Notes: a model not told the origin generated them from the letters alone. A stretch of 49,905 bases of DNA from Pseudomonadota bacterium (GCA_037134595.1 JBAXLX010000001.1:1-49905); one strand, 5' to 3'; counted from the stretch's first letter, positions 10,969 to 22,134 are shown. Program-made: numbers and translations.

Positions 10969-11763
10969 ATGAAAGATCTCAGACTGGAGCGCGACGTGCA
11001 AACCGAGACCAACAAAATCGAAGCCCGTAAGGTGCAGGTGTATTACGGCACCAACCACGCGCTGAAGGATGTCGATGTCGATATTCTGGACAAAACCGTC
11101 ACGGCCTTTATCGGCCCGTCGGGCTGCGGCAAATCCACCTTTCTGCGCTGCTTGAACCGGATGAATGACACGGTCGCCTCTGCCAAGGTGCAAGGTGTGA
11201 TCACGCTGGACGGCGAAGATATCTATGATGCCCGCGTCGATCCGGTGCAGTTGCGCGCCAAGATCGGCATGGTGTTTCAAAAGCCCAATCCCTTCCCCAA
11301 GTCGATCTATGACAATGTCGCCTACGGCCCCAAAATCCATGGGTTGACCCGCACCAAGGCCGAACTCGACGAGGTGGTCGAAGCCTGCCTGCGCAAAGCC
11401 GCGCTCTGGAACGAGGTCAAAGACCGCCTGCAATCGCCCGGCACTGGCCTTTCGGGCGGCCAGCAGCAGCGCCTGTGCATCGCGCGTGCGATTGCCACCT
11501 CTCCGGAAGTGCTGTTGATGGACGAACCGTGTTCGGCCCTTGACCCCATCGCCACAGCCCAAGTCGAAGAGCTGATTGACGAGCTGCGCAGCCAGTTTTC
11601 GGTGGTGATCGTCACGCACTCGATGCAGCAAGCCGCCCGCGTGTCACAGCGCACGGCGTTTTTCCACCTTGGGAACTTGGTGGAATACGGCGAAACTGGT
11701 GCAATTTTCACCAACCCCAAGGATCCGCGCACCGAATCCTACATCACCGGCCGGATCGGTTGA
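10969..11763 (+). CDS. pstB: Phosphate ABC transporter ATPase PstB
   Basis: [45 protein letters not shown]; AGGAG RBS. Confidence 0.97.
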   Translation: MKDLRLERDVQTETNKIEARKVQVYYGTNHALKDVDVDILDKTVTAFIGPSGCGKSTFLRCLNRMNDTVASAKVQGVITLDGEDIYDARVDPVQLRAKIGMVFQKPNPFPKSIYDNVAYGPKIHGLTRTKAELDEVVEACLRKAALWNEVKDRLQSPGTGLSGGQQQRLCIARAIATSPEVLLMDEPCSALDPIATAQVEELIDELRSQFSVVIVTHSMQQAARVSQRTAFFHLGNLVEYGETGAIFTNPKDPRTESYITGRIG

Positions 11764-11773
11764 GGAGAGACAG

Positions 11774-12481
11774 ATGAGCAATGACCGTCACATAGCATCG
11801 GCGTTTGACCGCGACCTCGAGGGCGTTCAGGCGCTGGTTCTGCGCATGGCGGGCCTTGTCGAGGCAGCGCTGTCCGATGCCGCCACCGCCCTTGAAACCC
11901 GCGATGAGGCTTTGGCCGAGCGCGTGCGCGAAGGCGATAGCGCGATTGACGTGTTGGAAGAACAGGTCAACACCGAATGCGTGCGTCTGATTGCCATCCG
12001 CGCCCCAACGGCGGGCGATCTGCGCACCGTGCTGACGGTGATGAAAATCGCAGCCTCGCTGGAACGCTGCGGCGATTATGCCAAGAACTTGGCCAAACGC
12101 TCGATCGTTCTGGCGCAGATGCACACGATTGAAGGTGCTGCAGGGTCGATCCGGCGCATGGCGCGGCAGGTGAGCTTGTTGCTAAAAGACGCGCTGGATG
12201 CCTTTATCAGCCGCGATGTGGAATTGGCCCATGCCGTGCGCCAGCAAGACCGCGACATTGACCAGATGTATTCCGCGCTGTTTCGCGAATTCCTGACCCA
12301 TATGATGGAAGACCCGCGCAATATCACGGCCTGTATGCACCTGCATTTCATCGCCAAGAACATCGAACGCGTCGGCGACCATGCAACAACGATTGCCGAA
12401 CAGGTGATCTACCTTGCCACCGGTGATCTGCCGCGCGATCCGCGGCCGAAAGCAGAATCCATCACGATGGGGAACCTGTAA
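11774..12481 (+). CDS. phoU: Phosphate signalling complex protein PhoU
   Basis: LERCGDYAKN and IERVGDHATTIAE repeats; GAGGAG RBS. Confidence 0.96.
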   Translation: MSNDRHIASAFDRDLEGVQALVLRMAGLVEAALSDAATALETRDEALAERVREGDSAIDVLEEQVNTECVRLIAIRAPTAGDLRTVLTVMKIAASLERCGDYAKNLAKRSIVLAQMHTIEGAAGSIRRMARQVSLLLKDALDAFISRDVELAHAVRQQDRDIDQMYSALFREFLTHMMEDPRNITACMHLHFIAKNIERVGDHATTIAEQVIYLATGDLPRDPRPKAESITMGNL

Positions 12482-13164
12482 TGGCACAGCCGACCGTCCT
12501 TTTGGTAGAAGATGAGCCTGCGCAACGGGAAGTCTTGGCCTATAATCTTGAGGCGGAAGGCTTTGTCGTGCAACGTGCCACCAATGGCGAGGAAGCCTTG
12601 TTGCTGGTGGCCGAAAACCCGCCAGACCTGATCTTGCTCGATTGGATGATGCCGCATGTTTCGGGGTTAGAGGTCTGCCGCCGCCTGAAAATGCGCCCTG
12701 AAACCCGCTTGATTCCGATCATCATGCTGTCGGCGCGGTCGGAAGAGGTCGACAAGGTGCGCGGGCTGGAAACCGGGGCGGATGATTATGTGATCAAGCC
12801 CTATTCCATCGTGGAACTGATGGCGCGCTTGCGCGCGCAGCTGCGCCGGGTGCGGCCCTCGACGCTTGGGATGGTGCTGGAATGGGAAACCATCAGCCTT
12901 GACGCCGAAACCCACCGCGTGATCCGCGATGGCCAAATTCTGAAACTTGGCCCGACGGAATTTCGCTTGCTGGCAACCTTTCTGGAAAAACCCGGCCGCG
13001 TCTTTTCGCGCGAGCAGTTGCTTGACCGTGTCTGGGGCCGCGACATCTATGTCGACAGCCGCACGGTCGATGTGCATGTCGGCCGCCTGCGCAAAGCGCT
13101 GTGCGCCTTTGGCGGCGACGACCCGCTGCGCACGGTGCGCGGTGCGGGCTATGCTTTGGGCTGA
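12481..13164 (+). CDS. phoB: Phosphate regulon response regulator PhoB
   Basis: Receiver (VEDE, LLDWMMP, GADDYVIKP) plus OmpR-type DNA-binding domain (LGPTEFRLL, RTVDVHVGRLRKAL). Confidence 0.96.
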   Translation: MAQPTVLLVEDEPAQREVLAYNLEAEGFVVQRATNGEEALLLVAENPPDLILLDWMMPHVSGLEVCRRLKMRPETRLIPIIMLSARSEEVDKVRGLETGADDYVIKPYSIVELMARLRAQLRRVRPSTLGMVLEWETISLDAETHRVIRDGQILKLGPTEFRLLATFLEKPGRVFSREQLLDRVWGRDIYVDSRTVDVHVGRLRKALCAFGGDDPLRTVRGAGYALG

Positions 13165-13165
13165 C

Positions 13166-14185
13166 TTAAGCGGTCAGGGGCGACAGACCGCGCAACAGGT
13201 TCAGCCGCGCCAAAGCCTGCCCCGAATCGATTGAGGCGCGTGCCATGGGCACCCCCTCTTTCAAACTCGCAGCCTTGCCCGCCACCAGCAATGCCGCCGC
13301 CGCATTCAGCAGCACGGCATCGCGGTAGGCGCCGGTTTGTCCGTTCAGCAATGCGCGAAAGGCGTCGGCGTTTTGCTTCGGCGTGCCGCCCAAGATCGCT
13401 TCGAAAGGATGCACCGGCAGGCCGGCATCTTCGGGATGCACGGTAAATTCCCGAATTTCTCCCGCCTCCAGCGCCACAACGGCGGTGGGCCCTGCAATGG
13501 TGATCTCATCCGTGCCATCGCTGCCATGCACCAGCCATGCCGCCTCTGACCCCAAAGCGCGCAGGGTTTCGGCCATGGGGCGCAAAAGCCGTGCGGCGAA
13601 AGCGCCGGTCAGTTGGCGCTTCACCCCGGCGGGGTTGGTCAAAGGCCCAAGGATGTTAAAGATCGTGCGCGTGCCCAATTCGGCCCGCACCGGCCCGACA
13701 TGGCGCATGGCGGGGTGGTGCATGGGGGCCATCATAAAGCCAATCCCGGCCTCGGCCAGACAGCGTTCGACCACTTGGGGGCCAACCATCACATTCAGCC
13801 CCATCTCGGTCAGGGCATCGGCGGCACCGGATTTCGACGACAGGTTGCGATTGCCGTGTTTGGCGACAGGCACGCCAGCCCCCGCCACAACAAAGGCGGT
13901 CGCGGTCGAGATGTTCAGCGTGCCCTTGCCATCGCCGCCGGTGCCCACGATATCCATCGCCCCTGCGGGCGCACGCACGGCATGGCATTTGGCCCGCATG
14001 ACGCTGGCGGCTGCGGCAAATTCATCCACCGTCTCGCCGCGCGTGCGCAGCGCCATGAGCAACCCGCCCATCTGGGCGGGCGTGGCATCGCCGTCAAACA
14101 GCGCGGTAAAGGCCAGTTCCGCCTCGGCCCGGGTCAGGGGGCGTTCGGCGGCAAGGCCGATCAGGGGTTTTAGCGTTTCACTCAT
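13166..14185 (-). CDS. trpD: Anthranilate phosphoribosyltransferase
   Basis: [42 protein letters not shown]. Confidence 0.97.
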   Translation of the reverse strand: MSETLKPLIGLAAERPLTRAEAELAFTALFDGDATPAQMGGLLMALRTRGETVDEFAAAASVMRAKCHAVRAPAGAMDIVGTGGDGKGTLNISTATAFVVAGAGVPVAKHGNRNLSSKSGAADALTEMGLNVMVGPQVVERCLAEAGIGFMMAPMHHPAMRHVGPVRAELGTRTIFNILGPLTNPAGVKRQLTGAFAARLLRPMAETLRALGSEAAWLVHGSDGTDEITIAGPTAVVALEAGEIREFTVHPEDAGLPVHPFEAILGGTPKQNADAFRALLNGQTGAYRDAVLLNAAAALLVAGKAASLKEGVPMARASIDSGQALARLNLLRGLSPLTA

Positions 14186-14769
14186 GCCGCCACCTTGGCC
14201 TTGTGGCGCGTCAGGAAATTCTGCAACAAGCGGTGCCCATGTTCGGATGCGATGCTTTCGGGGTGAAACTGCACGCCTTCAATGGGTTTGGTTTTATGGC
14301 GCAGCCCCATGATCGTGCCGTCTTCCAGCCAAGCCGTCACGTCAAGACAGTCCGGCAACGAGGCGCGTTCCACCACCAGCGAATGATACCGCGTCGCCAT
14401 AAAGGGCGAGGGCAAGCCGCCAAACATGCCCTGCCCCTCATGCAGCATGGCCCCCATCTTGCCATGCACAATCTCATGACACCGCACCACTTTGCCGCCA
14501 AAGGCTTGGCCAATGGTCTGATGGCCCAAGCACACCCCCAACAAAGGCGTGTTCGTTTCAGCCGCCGCCAAAGTCAGGGCCAAGCAAATCCCCGCCTGAT
14601 CAGGATCACAAGGCCCCGGCGACAGCACAATCGCCTCAGGCCCCAGTGCGATGACCGCTTGCACATCCATCGCATCATTGCGCACCACGCGCACATCTTC
14701 CCCCAACTCACCCAGATAATGGACAAGGTTGTAGGTGAAACTGTCGTAGTTATCGATCAAAAGCAGCAT
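14182..14769 (-). CDS. trpG: Anthranilate synthase component II (glutamine amidotransferase)
   Basis: [33 protein letters not shown]. Confidence 0.95.
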   Translation of the reverse strand: MLLLIDNYDSFTYNLVHYLGELGEDVRVVRNDAMDVQAVIALGPEAIVLSPGPCDPDQAGICLALTLAAAETNTPLLGVCLGHQTIGQAFGGKVVRCHEIVHGKMGAMLHEGQGMFGGLPSPFMATRYHSLVVERASLPDCLDVTAWLEDGTIMGLRHKTKPIEGVQFHPESIASEHGHRLLQNFLTRHKAKVAA

Positions 14770-16323
14770 GGTGATTACAACCGTTTGTTTTCATGACGAG
14801 TCATGCATTGGTAAGTCTGATAGGACCCGCTCCTATGCCCGCCTTTGCAACGGCACCCTCGCAAGCGTCCCAACAGACCAAACCTTGGCAAAACTTATCG
14901 CCCAACACCGGGGCGGTGTAAACCGTGGGCATGGGATAAAGCGCACCAATGCCCCTCATCGTCAGCCTTGCTTTCGTGGCTTGGCTGGTCGAGCCCATCG
15001 TCACAGCCGCCTGAACTTGTTTCGCTTGGTCAAGTTTAGGGACTTGAAGGGGCAGCAACTGCTGGCAAACCCGTGCGCCGCAGGCAATCTTAAGCTTCTT
15101 GAGAAAGTTCTCGCCGTGGCTTTGGCAAGTCAGACCCTTTGTCCTTTGGAAAACTTCACCGACACGACCACTGGCGCAGAGCGCTTGATCGAAGTCGTGG
15201 CTGCGCGATGTCGGTGTTGAAGGCGGGCAAAGCTACGCGCGTTTCAAGCCTGCCGCGCGACAGTCTAAGCGGTGCACCTCTGGGCGCGTTGCAAAACTCT
15301 GAAAGACAATATGAGCCCTAATCCCGTTGCCCTCGGCAAGCGCACAGGCGGTAAGCGGTTCCAAGCCCCCACCTTCCCGCCTTGCGCCTAACCTGCAATG
15401 CCTTGCCAAAGTACACGAGCCGCGCGAAGGCGAAGACGGGAGCTTCTCAGGGACCAAGCGGTGGGCATCCGGACCAAGCGGCAAAGATGCTGGCGCGATG
15501 AGATCAAGGCGCACAGGTGGCACAGAGCCACACGCGGGTGCAACGGGCGCGCCCCCTGCCGGTGATCGACACGGGGCTGGTTGGTCACGGCCGCCTTCCC
15601 GTCTTGACCGAACATCTTCTGGCCAATCGCCTTGGGCCGCGCGGGCAGTTCCGGCGGATGGATAAAGCAGACACCCGTTGCGGCATCCACCGGCCGAAGG
15701 ACAGGCTGCAACACAGGCTTGGCCTAAAGGATCGTCAGACCCTCGCCCCCTGAACGCGGCGATCTGTGCGCCGGTTGTGTTGCCAGACGGGACCGTTTTG
15801 AAGCAGTCGCGCCATCAATTCCCTATCGGTTGCTCTTTGACCCCATGTGGGGAAAGATGCAGGTGCCCAGCCATCCGACCCGCGCAGCGGCCCAAGCGGT
15901 GCTGGGTATGGCCGCCCGCCCGGACACCGATGTAAAGACGCCCGATCATGCCCGCTCAAACACCTTTCAGGTGATCAGATCCGTCTGCCGCACCACCGCG
16001 GGACGCAGATCAACGAGGTCGATCAGTTTCAGGCGGCACAGGCCATCTTGTTCAGACAGACACCTGCGGTGCTTCATCCGCAAGGTGGAATTGCAAGGTT
16101 CCCAGTGACGTCAAGTGACCCACCCCGGACAGGGCCGAGAAAAACCGTCATTCTCCAAAGTGAAATAAATAGGATGAAAGTGCTTCTCATGAACCTAGAT
16201 TTCTCTCTGTCCACCCGAAGTTCATCTATAAAAATCCAAAGGTTAAATTGACTGAGATGAGAAGTGAATGATAAAAACCGGTAACTGCTGTGGGTAAGCT
16301 GTGACGAAAGGGTAGTTCACTTA

Positions 16324-16674
16324 ATGAAATATGAGTTTAAAATCTTAAGTGCTACTGCACTTTACTTAATCCTATCGACGGTGCCTGTTTACGCCGCTCC
16401 TGGAATTGTGATCGGTTTTTCATACAATTTCGGCACGGAAACACCCAAGTTAGGCGTAACGACCAAAGTGCTGTCTTCTGACGAGCTGGACGACGTGGTT
16501 GCCGCAGCGGGTGTCACGTATTTTTTCGATGACAACAGTATCGGTTGGGATGCTGGGCTGGGCTATACATTTGACGGCGGGGCGGCAACCCTGTCCTATG
16601 ATTTCCGGCATAAATCCCCTCAATTTTCTCTGGGGTTTGGCGACATTCATGCTCCCGAGCGTCACAACATTTAA
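16324..16674 (+). CDS. Exported hypothetical protein, possibly small beta-rich outer-membrane protein
   Basis: Signal-peptide-like N-terminus ending VYA-A; alternating aromatic/Gly beta-strand pattern. Confidence 0.7.
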   Translation: MKYEFKILSATALYLILSTVPVYAAPGIVIGFSYNFGTETPKLGVTTKVLSSDELDDVVAAAGVTYFFDDNSIGWDAGLGYTFDGGAATLSYDFRHKSPQFSLGFGDIHAPERHNI

Positions 16675-16825
16675 AGTTTATGATGACCCCGAGTTTCCAT
16701 CCGATTCATTAGCATAGCGTATGTTTTTCGTCAGGATACCGGAACTTATTTTTGTCAATAAATTCGTTTTACAAAATCGCAGGTGTGCCAAAACAGATGT
16801 TTGAGTAGGGATAATTTGGACCCAT

Positions 16826-19800
16826 ATGAAACATATCAGGATTGATCTGCTCCGATCCATGCAAAATACGACTTGCTCAGATCATCAGGTGGACAGGCGG
16901 GAGTATCGAGTGGCAAAGCAACAAAAAAACTCGTTAATTGCTGCGCCTTCGCTGGTATCGAAGGGGTTGTCGCTATTGAGCGAGGCCAAGCCTGCTGATG
17001 CCTATGCGGCGTTTCGCCTAGGCTTAAACTTAGCGCCAAACGATCCATTCCTTCATACCGCTTTGGCCCGCACCTGCCTTATTTTATCGGCAACCCACTT
17101 GGCGGCCTATCATGCGCAAACCGCACTGGAGCATGAATCCCAAAATTTGGATGCTATAATCCTTTTGGCGGAAGCGGCACGCAGAGAGGGAAATCGGGAT
17201 CTTTGCTTGAAACAAATGGCGAAATTTGCCAATATCCCTGCCGCAAAAAGAATGCACCGTTGGCTTGAATTGAGCCTGACGATTGAAGATGGCGATTTTG
17301 AAAATGCCCTCTGCGACATCGCGGCACTTCTCGAAGAAACCCCCAACGATCCCATGTTTGAAAGCCTATTCGAGAAAGGCTTCGACTTCTTTAAGGTCGT
17401 TGCGGATCAAACCCGGTTTGAGTCTTTTGTCGATGGCCTTGGCCTGTCTTGCGCGCCCAATGTCAGCCCCCCTCAATTCAGCGCAGCAGGACCAGAGCAA
17501 GGGTCGATTGATGTCATCATTCCGGTCTTTAATGCCCTGAATGATCTTCAGGCCTGCTTGAATTCAATACGTCATTGCAAGTCGCCTGCCTTGGGTAAAA
17601 TTATTCTCGTGGACGACTTTTCTGATCCACCCACAGCCAACTGGATGCAGGAACTGGTTGCCAAAGAGCCAAACATCGTCCTTCTGCGCAATCTGGAAAA
17701 TCTGGGATTCACGCGTACCGTGATGAAAGGTTTGGCCTATAGCACGTCGGCGTTTCCTGTGATCTTAAACAGCGACACATGGGTAACTTTGGGGTGGCTT
17801 GACGGATTGTGGCAGGCAATGCAGTGCCAACCCACCACGGCTTTGGTGGGTCCATTATCAGACAACGGCTATCATCAAACAATCATGCCGAAGACAAGCG
17901 TTACATCTGCACCCTTTGCCGGGCCTATTGAAGCGTCTGCCCATGTTGACCGTGCCGCAGCGATGGTTTTACTAAACTCACGAAAGAAATATCCTGTTGT
18001 TCCGCTGCTTTCGGGATTTTGCCTGATGATTCGGCGCGAAGCCTATGATCGCGTTGGGGGTTTTGACGCGGGGGCCTTCCCGGAAGGCTATTGGGAATTG
18101 CAAGATCTGGGTTTCAAACTTATTGATCAAGGCATGAAGCTTGTGATTGCCGATGACGTTTTTGTGCATCATGCCGGCAGCGCCAGTATTTCGAGTGACC
18201 GCAAGAAAAGATTGCACAGCGCGGGCCTTGTTAAGATGTACAAGCGCTATTCGGCGCTTAGGCTTCTTACGGCCGAGCGACTCGCTGCTCATGAACCCGA
18301 AATCGAACACCACAAACGGGGATGGTGGCGGGATGACATGCAATTGAACAAAATGTCACCCAACCGCTTTACCGCCGAAATGGGAGATGAAACCAGGCCT
18401 CGGATGAGCTGCCGTATTCTTTTGCAACCAAAGGGTGATTTCGCTGAGCGCGAGGTTTGCTTATTCGTCGTGCATGCGCCCTACGGAACCGCATCCGAAT
18501 ATACGAAAGCTTATATCCGCGCGGTTCGGGATGCTCATGTTTATGTCATCGTTTGCCTTGTGGTGGAGGAGTTGGACATTCCCGTTGACGCCGCCCTATT
18601 GGCGGCTTCAGATGCCCTGATGATCCGGTTGAACGGCGGCTATGACTTTGCGGTTTGGGCCGATATGTTGGTAACCTGTCCGCAAGTTTGGTCAGCAGAT
18701 CGACTGTATTTTCTGAATGACAGTATTACAGGGCCCTTTGCGCCCTTGGATCCGATTTTTGACAAAATTAGGATGGCGGATGCGGGTTTTTTTGCATTAA
18801 CCGAAGCGGTCTATCCGGACTATCACGCCCAGAGTTTCTTTTTTGGATGGTCGCAAGCCAATCTAAGTGCGCCCGCCCTGCGCGCATTTTGGGAGTCTGT
18901 ACGTGTACACCGAGATAAGGCACTGGTTATCAATCTTTACGAAAAGAGCATTTCACCGCTGAGCACGAATCTGCCTGATCAGACTCAGCAAATCGTTTTT
19001 AACTTAAGGGACTTTTTTGATATGGATGCTAAGTCAGTGGTTGACTTTTCACCAACTCATAAGGGTTGGCAGAAACTAATTGACGGTGGTTTCCCATTTA
19101 TTAAAACAGATGTTATTAGAGATGAAATGCACTCAAGTATTATAACTACAAATTGGAGGGAACACTGTGTGTCTAAAGGAGCTGATATAGACATGTTAAA
19201 CCGTCACGTCGAAATGTCACGTACAAACCGTCTTCAAAGGTTTTCATCTTTGCCGCTTGGTGACGCCAAGGCAGAACCACTTGGGGACGCCAAGGCAGAT
19301 CTCAATGCGAAAGAAGCGCGTCCGAAGCGTTCTGCATCGGTAAAAAGGCGCCGCATTTTTTTCCATATTGGGTTTGGCAAGACCGGATCCTCCACCTTGC
19401 AACGCTTTTTGTCGCGCAACGCTGCACAATTGGAAAGTTTGGGCGTATCCTATCCCCACCCAGAGACGCACGATGGGCTAACTGGATGGATCGGTAATTT
19501 ATTTCCCAACATAATGCAACGCGCGCGACAATTTGGGACCGGCTATCAGCAGCATCAAGATATCGTTGACCAACAGTTTGCGCTGACTGTGGACGCCGCA
19601 TTATCCGAAAGCAAGGCTTCAACGGTCGTGTTCTCGGGTGAGTTTATGGGTTCTTATCTAAATACTCATACATTGAAATATCTCAAGAACCTATCTGAGT
19701 ATCATGACGTTTCCTTAATAGCCTTTGTGAGGGATAGTTATGATCATGCCATGTCAAGTTGGAAGCAAATTGTTAAGGCTAACGTCTATCGCAGTTCCTT

Positions 19801-20485
19801 TGATACATGGGTCAACGCAACTTTGGATACAGAGAAGTTACCTGTCCAGCGTTTACATCTCATTGCAATGTCTGGGATTGATGTTAAAATTTTCAATTAC
19901 GACCACCATAAGAAATCTCTGGCTTCTACGTTTATGCAGATCATCGGGCTTGACCCGGTCTCGCCGGGTATCATTTACGAAGATGACCTGATCGTGAATC
20001 CATCTTTTTCCTATTGGCAGTGCAGATCAATCGTTATGGCGCAGTCCCAGACTGGGGCCACCTATCTTTCAGCAATGCTCCTCAATCAGTTTCACGAATT
20101 GCCGGATTTTCGGAAAGATCCGGTCATCGCGGATATTGATTCGTTGATTTTGAACAGGCTTTCTGTCGAGACAGCCTGGGTGAATGAGCACCTGCCAGAA
20201 TCGGAGCGCCTGCGTGAGACAGCCAGAGATGTCATGTCTTTGGAAGAGCCCGAGTTTTCCGATGCCGATGTGTCACTGCTTATGGCCACGGTCGGCGATT
20301 ACATCAGAGCCGTGAAGATACCGACCACGCTTCCACAGGAACTGCTTACGGCGGGCTTACCTGCAGATTTCAATCCTGAGGAATATTTGGTCCTTAATCC
20401 CGATGTTGCAAAGGCAAAGGTAGGCGCCGCAGAACATTACTTGGATCACGGCCGCCACGAGGGTAGACCTTACCGCGCGAGCTAA
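16826..20485 (+). CDS. Multidomain glycosyltransferase: TPR + GT2 + RgpF-like + sulfotransferase-like + C-terminal motif
   Basis: TPR-like helices; GT2 motifs IDVIIPVFN, VDDFS, NLGF, LNSDT; RgpF-like NGGYDFAVW, LNDSITGP, HAQSFF, FPFIK; HIGFGKTGSSTLQ; C-terminal FNPEEYLVLNPDV..HYLDHGRHEGR. Start could be GTG 16910. Confidence 0.85.
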   Translation: MKHIRIDLLRSMQNTTCSDHQVDRREYRVAKQQKNSLIAAPSLVSKGLSLLSEAKPADAYAAFRLGLNLAPNDPFLHTALARTCLILSATHLAAYHAQTALEHESQNLDAIILLAEAARREGNRDLCLKQMAKFANIPAAKRMHRWLELSLTIEDGDFENALCDIAALLEETPNDPMFESLFEKGFDFFKVVADQTRFESFVDGLGLSCAPNVSPPQFSAAGPEQGSIDVIIPVFNALNDLQACLNSIRHCKSPALGKIILVDDFSDPPTANWMQELVAKEPNIVLLRNLENLGFTRTVMKGLAYSTSAFPVILNSDTWVTLGWLDGLWQAMQCQPTTALVGPLSDNGYHQTIMPKTSVTSAPFAGPIEASAHVDRAAAMVLLNSRKKYPVVPLLSGFCLMIRREAYDRVGGFDAGAFPEGYWELQDLGFKLIDQGMKLVIADDVFVHHAGSASISSDRKKRLHSAGLVKMYKRYSALRLLTAERLAAHEPEIEHHKRGWWRDDMQLNKMSPNRFTAEMGDETRPRMSCRILLQPKGDFAEREVCLFVVHAPYGTASEYTKAYIRAVRDAHVYVIVCLVVEELDIPVDAALLAASDALMIRLNGGYDFAVWADMLVTCPQVWSADRLYFLNDSITGPFAPLDPIFDKIRMADAGFFALTEAVYPDYHAQSFFFGWSQANLSAPALRAFWESVRVHRDKALVINLYEKSISPLSTNLPDQTQQIVFNLRDFFDMDAKSVVDFSPTHKGWQKLIDGGFPFIKTDVIRDEMHSSIITTNWREHCVSKGADIDMLNRHVEMSRTNRLQRFSSLPLGDAKAEPLGDAKADLNAKEARPKRSASVKRRRIFFHIGFGKTGSSTLQRFLSRNAAQLESLGVSYPHPETHDGLTGWIGNLFPNIMQRARQFGTGYQQHQDIVDQQFALTVDAALSESKASTVVFSGEFMGSYLNTHTLKYLKNLSEYHDVSLIAFVRDSYDHAMSSWKQIVKANVYRSSFDTWVNATLDTEKLPVQRLHLIAMSGIDVKIFNYDHHKKSLASTFMQIIGLDPVSPGIIYEDDLIVNPSFSYWQCRSIVMAQSQTGATYLSAMLLNQFHELPDFRKDPVIADIDSLILNRLSVETAWVNEHLPESERLRETARDVMSLEEPEFSDADVSLLMATVGDYIRAVKIPTTLPQELLTAGLPADFNPEEYLVLNPDVAKAKVGAAEHYLDHGRHEGRPYRAS
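19253..19300 (+). repeat. In-frame 24-bp tandem duplication (PLGDAKAE/PLGDAKAD)
   Basis: ccgcttggtgacgccaaggcagaa followed by ccacttggggacgccaaggcagat. Confidence 0.9.
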
Positions 20486-20838
20486 AGCTGAACAAACTCA
20501 TGGTGTCGCACACCAGGTTAAACCATGGAAACGGCGGAAATGGAATTGTTGGGTGCTTTCATGAAGCGTTCCAGTTTAGAATTTAGTGCGGTGTCGGTTC
20601 GAGGTTCTCGTCTTTTATGACTGTTCCATAAAGGGTAATTCTCTGGGCGCACCCTGCGGTAAACCCGACGGAGTTTGCTGCTCTACGACCAAGAGGGTCC
20701 GCATTTGCCTGCGGACTGCAGGACGCCCTTGCAGTCATTGAAGAAATGCGACACACTAGTGCGCGAGGTGTTTAGGACGCCGCCACACTCCGTTGCAGGA
20801 TGTGGTTTGTATTCAGCTCCGAGCGGAAGATAGATGCG

Positions 20839-21927
20839 ATGCAAGATGAATTGACCGATTGCAAAAAGACGAACCGTAAAATATTTCTTCATATTGGAAT
20901 GCACAAAACTGGAAGCACAGCCATCCAATCTGCATTCCATGGATATGATAACGGGCGACTTTTGTATGCGCCGTTAGAGAATGAAAACCACTCTATACCC
21001 TTTTATACGGCCTTCTCTGGTGATCATTTTTCTTATCACATTTGGCAGACGGCGGGTTTAAGCGATTTAGAGATTGCGGCCAAGCAGAGGTTCTATTTAA
21101 AGGAAATTGAACAGATACTGTCTTTGAACAAGGATCGCGATGTTTTCTTTTCTGGTGAAGACATTTCAGTCATCAGCAAATCTGGCGTTGAACAGATCGC
21201 TTCGTTATTCAAAAAAGTAGACAGAGACGTAACGGTGATCGTGTATGTGCGTTCTCCATTATCATATGCCACTAGTGCTCTTCAGGAAATCATAAGACAA
21301 GGCTCCACCAATCCTGTACCTGAACGACCTGATTATCGTTTTAAAATTGAAAAATTTTTGGATGCATTTGGTTGCCAGAATGTTTTGATTAGAGATTTTC
21401 ATGATTTGCAAAACTCGAGTGGTGATGTCGTGCGGGATATTTCTCGATTACTGAACGCTACATCTGTTCAGAGCGTGGGGTTGCTTAATGTGGGCTTTTC
21501 AACCGAAGCGATTAAGGTTGTCTGTAAAATTAACAAGGTGATCCGTGCGATTGGCGAGCCAGGCTGGGCTCGTGAATGTCGAACACGTTGCATCAATCAT
21601 GTTCGGTCTATTCTACCTGGTAAGTTTGAAGTGCCTGCTCATCTGATGTCCGCCTGCATTGATAGCGATGACATCGACTGGCTCCGCTCAGTCTCTGGAA
21701 TCGACTACAGAAGCGATGTTTCGGTAGCTCGAGGTCAAGCAACTGGGAGTTTGGGAGAGTTTCTTAGTGAAATCAATACGTCTACAAAAGATGTGATTGT
21801 GGAAGCGTTATTGGCCAGGGATGAACCGGAAAATCTACCACAGCAAACAGATCCGCTCATCTTGAGATACCTTTTGTCATTTGCAAACTATGATGAAAGG
21901 AAACTCGATCCGAATCGTTATGTTTGA
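20839..21927 (+). CDS. Sulfotransferase-like P-loop protein, C-terminus truncated
   Basis: LHIGMHKTGSTAIQ, FFSGED, VIVYVRSPLSYATS; paralogous to the last catalytic domain of 16826..20485. Confidence 0.75.
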   Translation: MQDELTDCKKTNRKIFLHIGMHKTGSTAIQSAFHGYDNGRLLYAPLENENHSIPFYTAFSGDHFSYHIWQTAGLSDLEIAAKQRFYLKEIEQILSLNKDRDVFFSGEDISVISKSGVEQIASLFKKVDRDVTVIVYVRSPLSYATSALQEIIRQGSTNPVPERPDYRFKIEKFLDAFGCQNVLIRDFHDLQNSSGDVVRDISRLLNATSVQSVGLLNVGFSTEAIKVVCKINKVIRAIGEPGWARECRTRCINHVRSILPGKFEVPAHLMSACIDSDDIDWLRSVSGIDYRSDVSVARGQATGSLGEFLSEINTSTKDVIVEALLARDEPENLPQQTDPLILRYLLSFANYDERKLDPNRYV

Positions 21928-21931
21928 GTGG

Positions 21932-22071
21932 GAGTGGTGGCTTGGGAAAGCTAAACAGCTTGGATAAGTGGATTTTCTGATCAACAGCGGCTTGGTGCCT
22001 TAAGCGATCGGAAGATCATGACAAAACGACCGCGCCCGAACGATAGTGTGGCAATTAAAACAAAAGTGGCA
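21932..22071 (+). mobile_element. IS3-family left-end remnant
   Basis: AGTGGTGG...AACAGCTTGGATAAGTGGATTTTC leader, then ATG 22018 MTKRPRPNDSVAIKTKVA, resembling the IS3 OrfA start M-x-K-R-P-R-R-N-H-S-x-x-F-K-A-K-V-A (from recall). Confidence 0.55.
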
Positions 22072-22134
22072 GGTGCGGCGCAACATTATTTGGAACATGG
22101 TCGGCGTGAGGGGCTTCCCTACCGCGCGGGGTAA
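22072..22134 (+). pseudogene. Detached C-terminal tail of the 20839 gene
   Basis: Encodes GAAQHYLEHGRREGLPYRAG*, compared with GAAEHYLDHGRHEGRPYRAS* at the end of the 1219-aa protein. Confidence 0.75.

Noticed and set aside
20640-20800. Possible structured ncRNA (two small hairpins)
   Set aside because: Stems are short and match no RNA family I recognise.
21926-21933. GAGTGGGA as a guaA-type attachment site
   Set aside because: Opposite strand to guaA, ~26 kb away and only 8 bp; better explained as the IS junction or chance.
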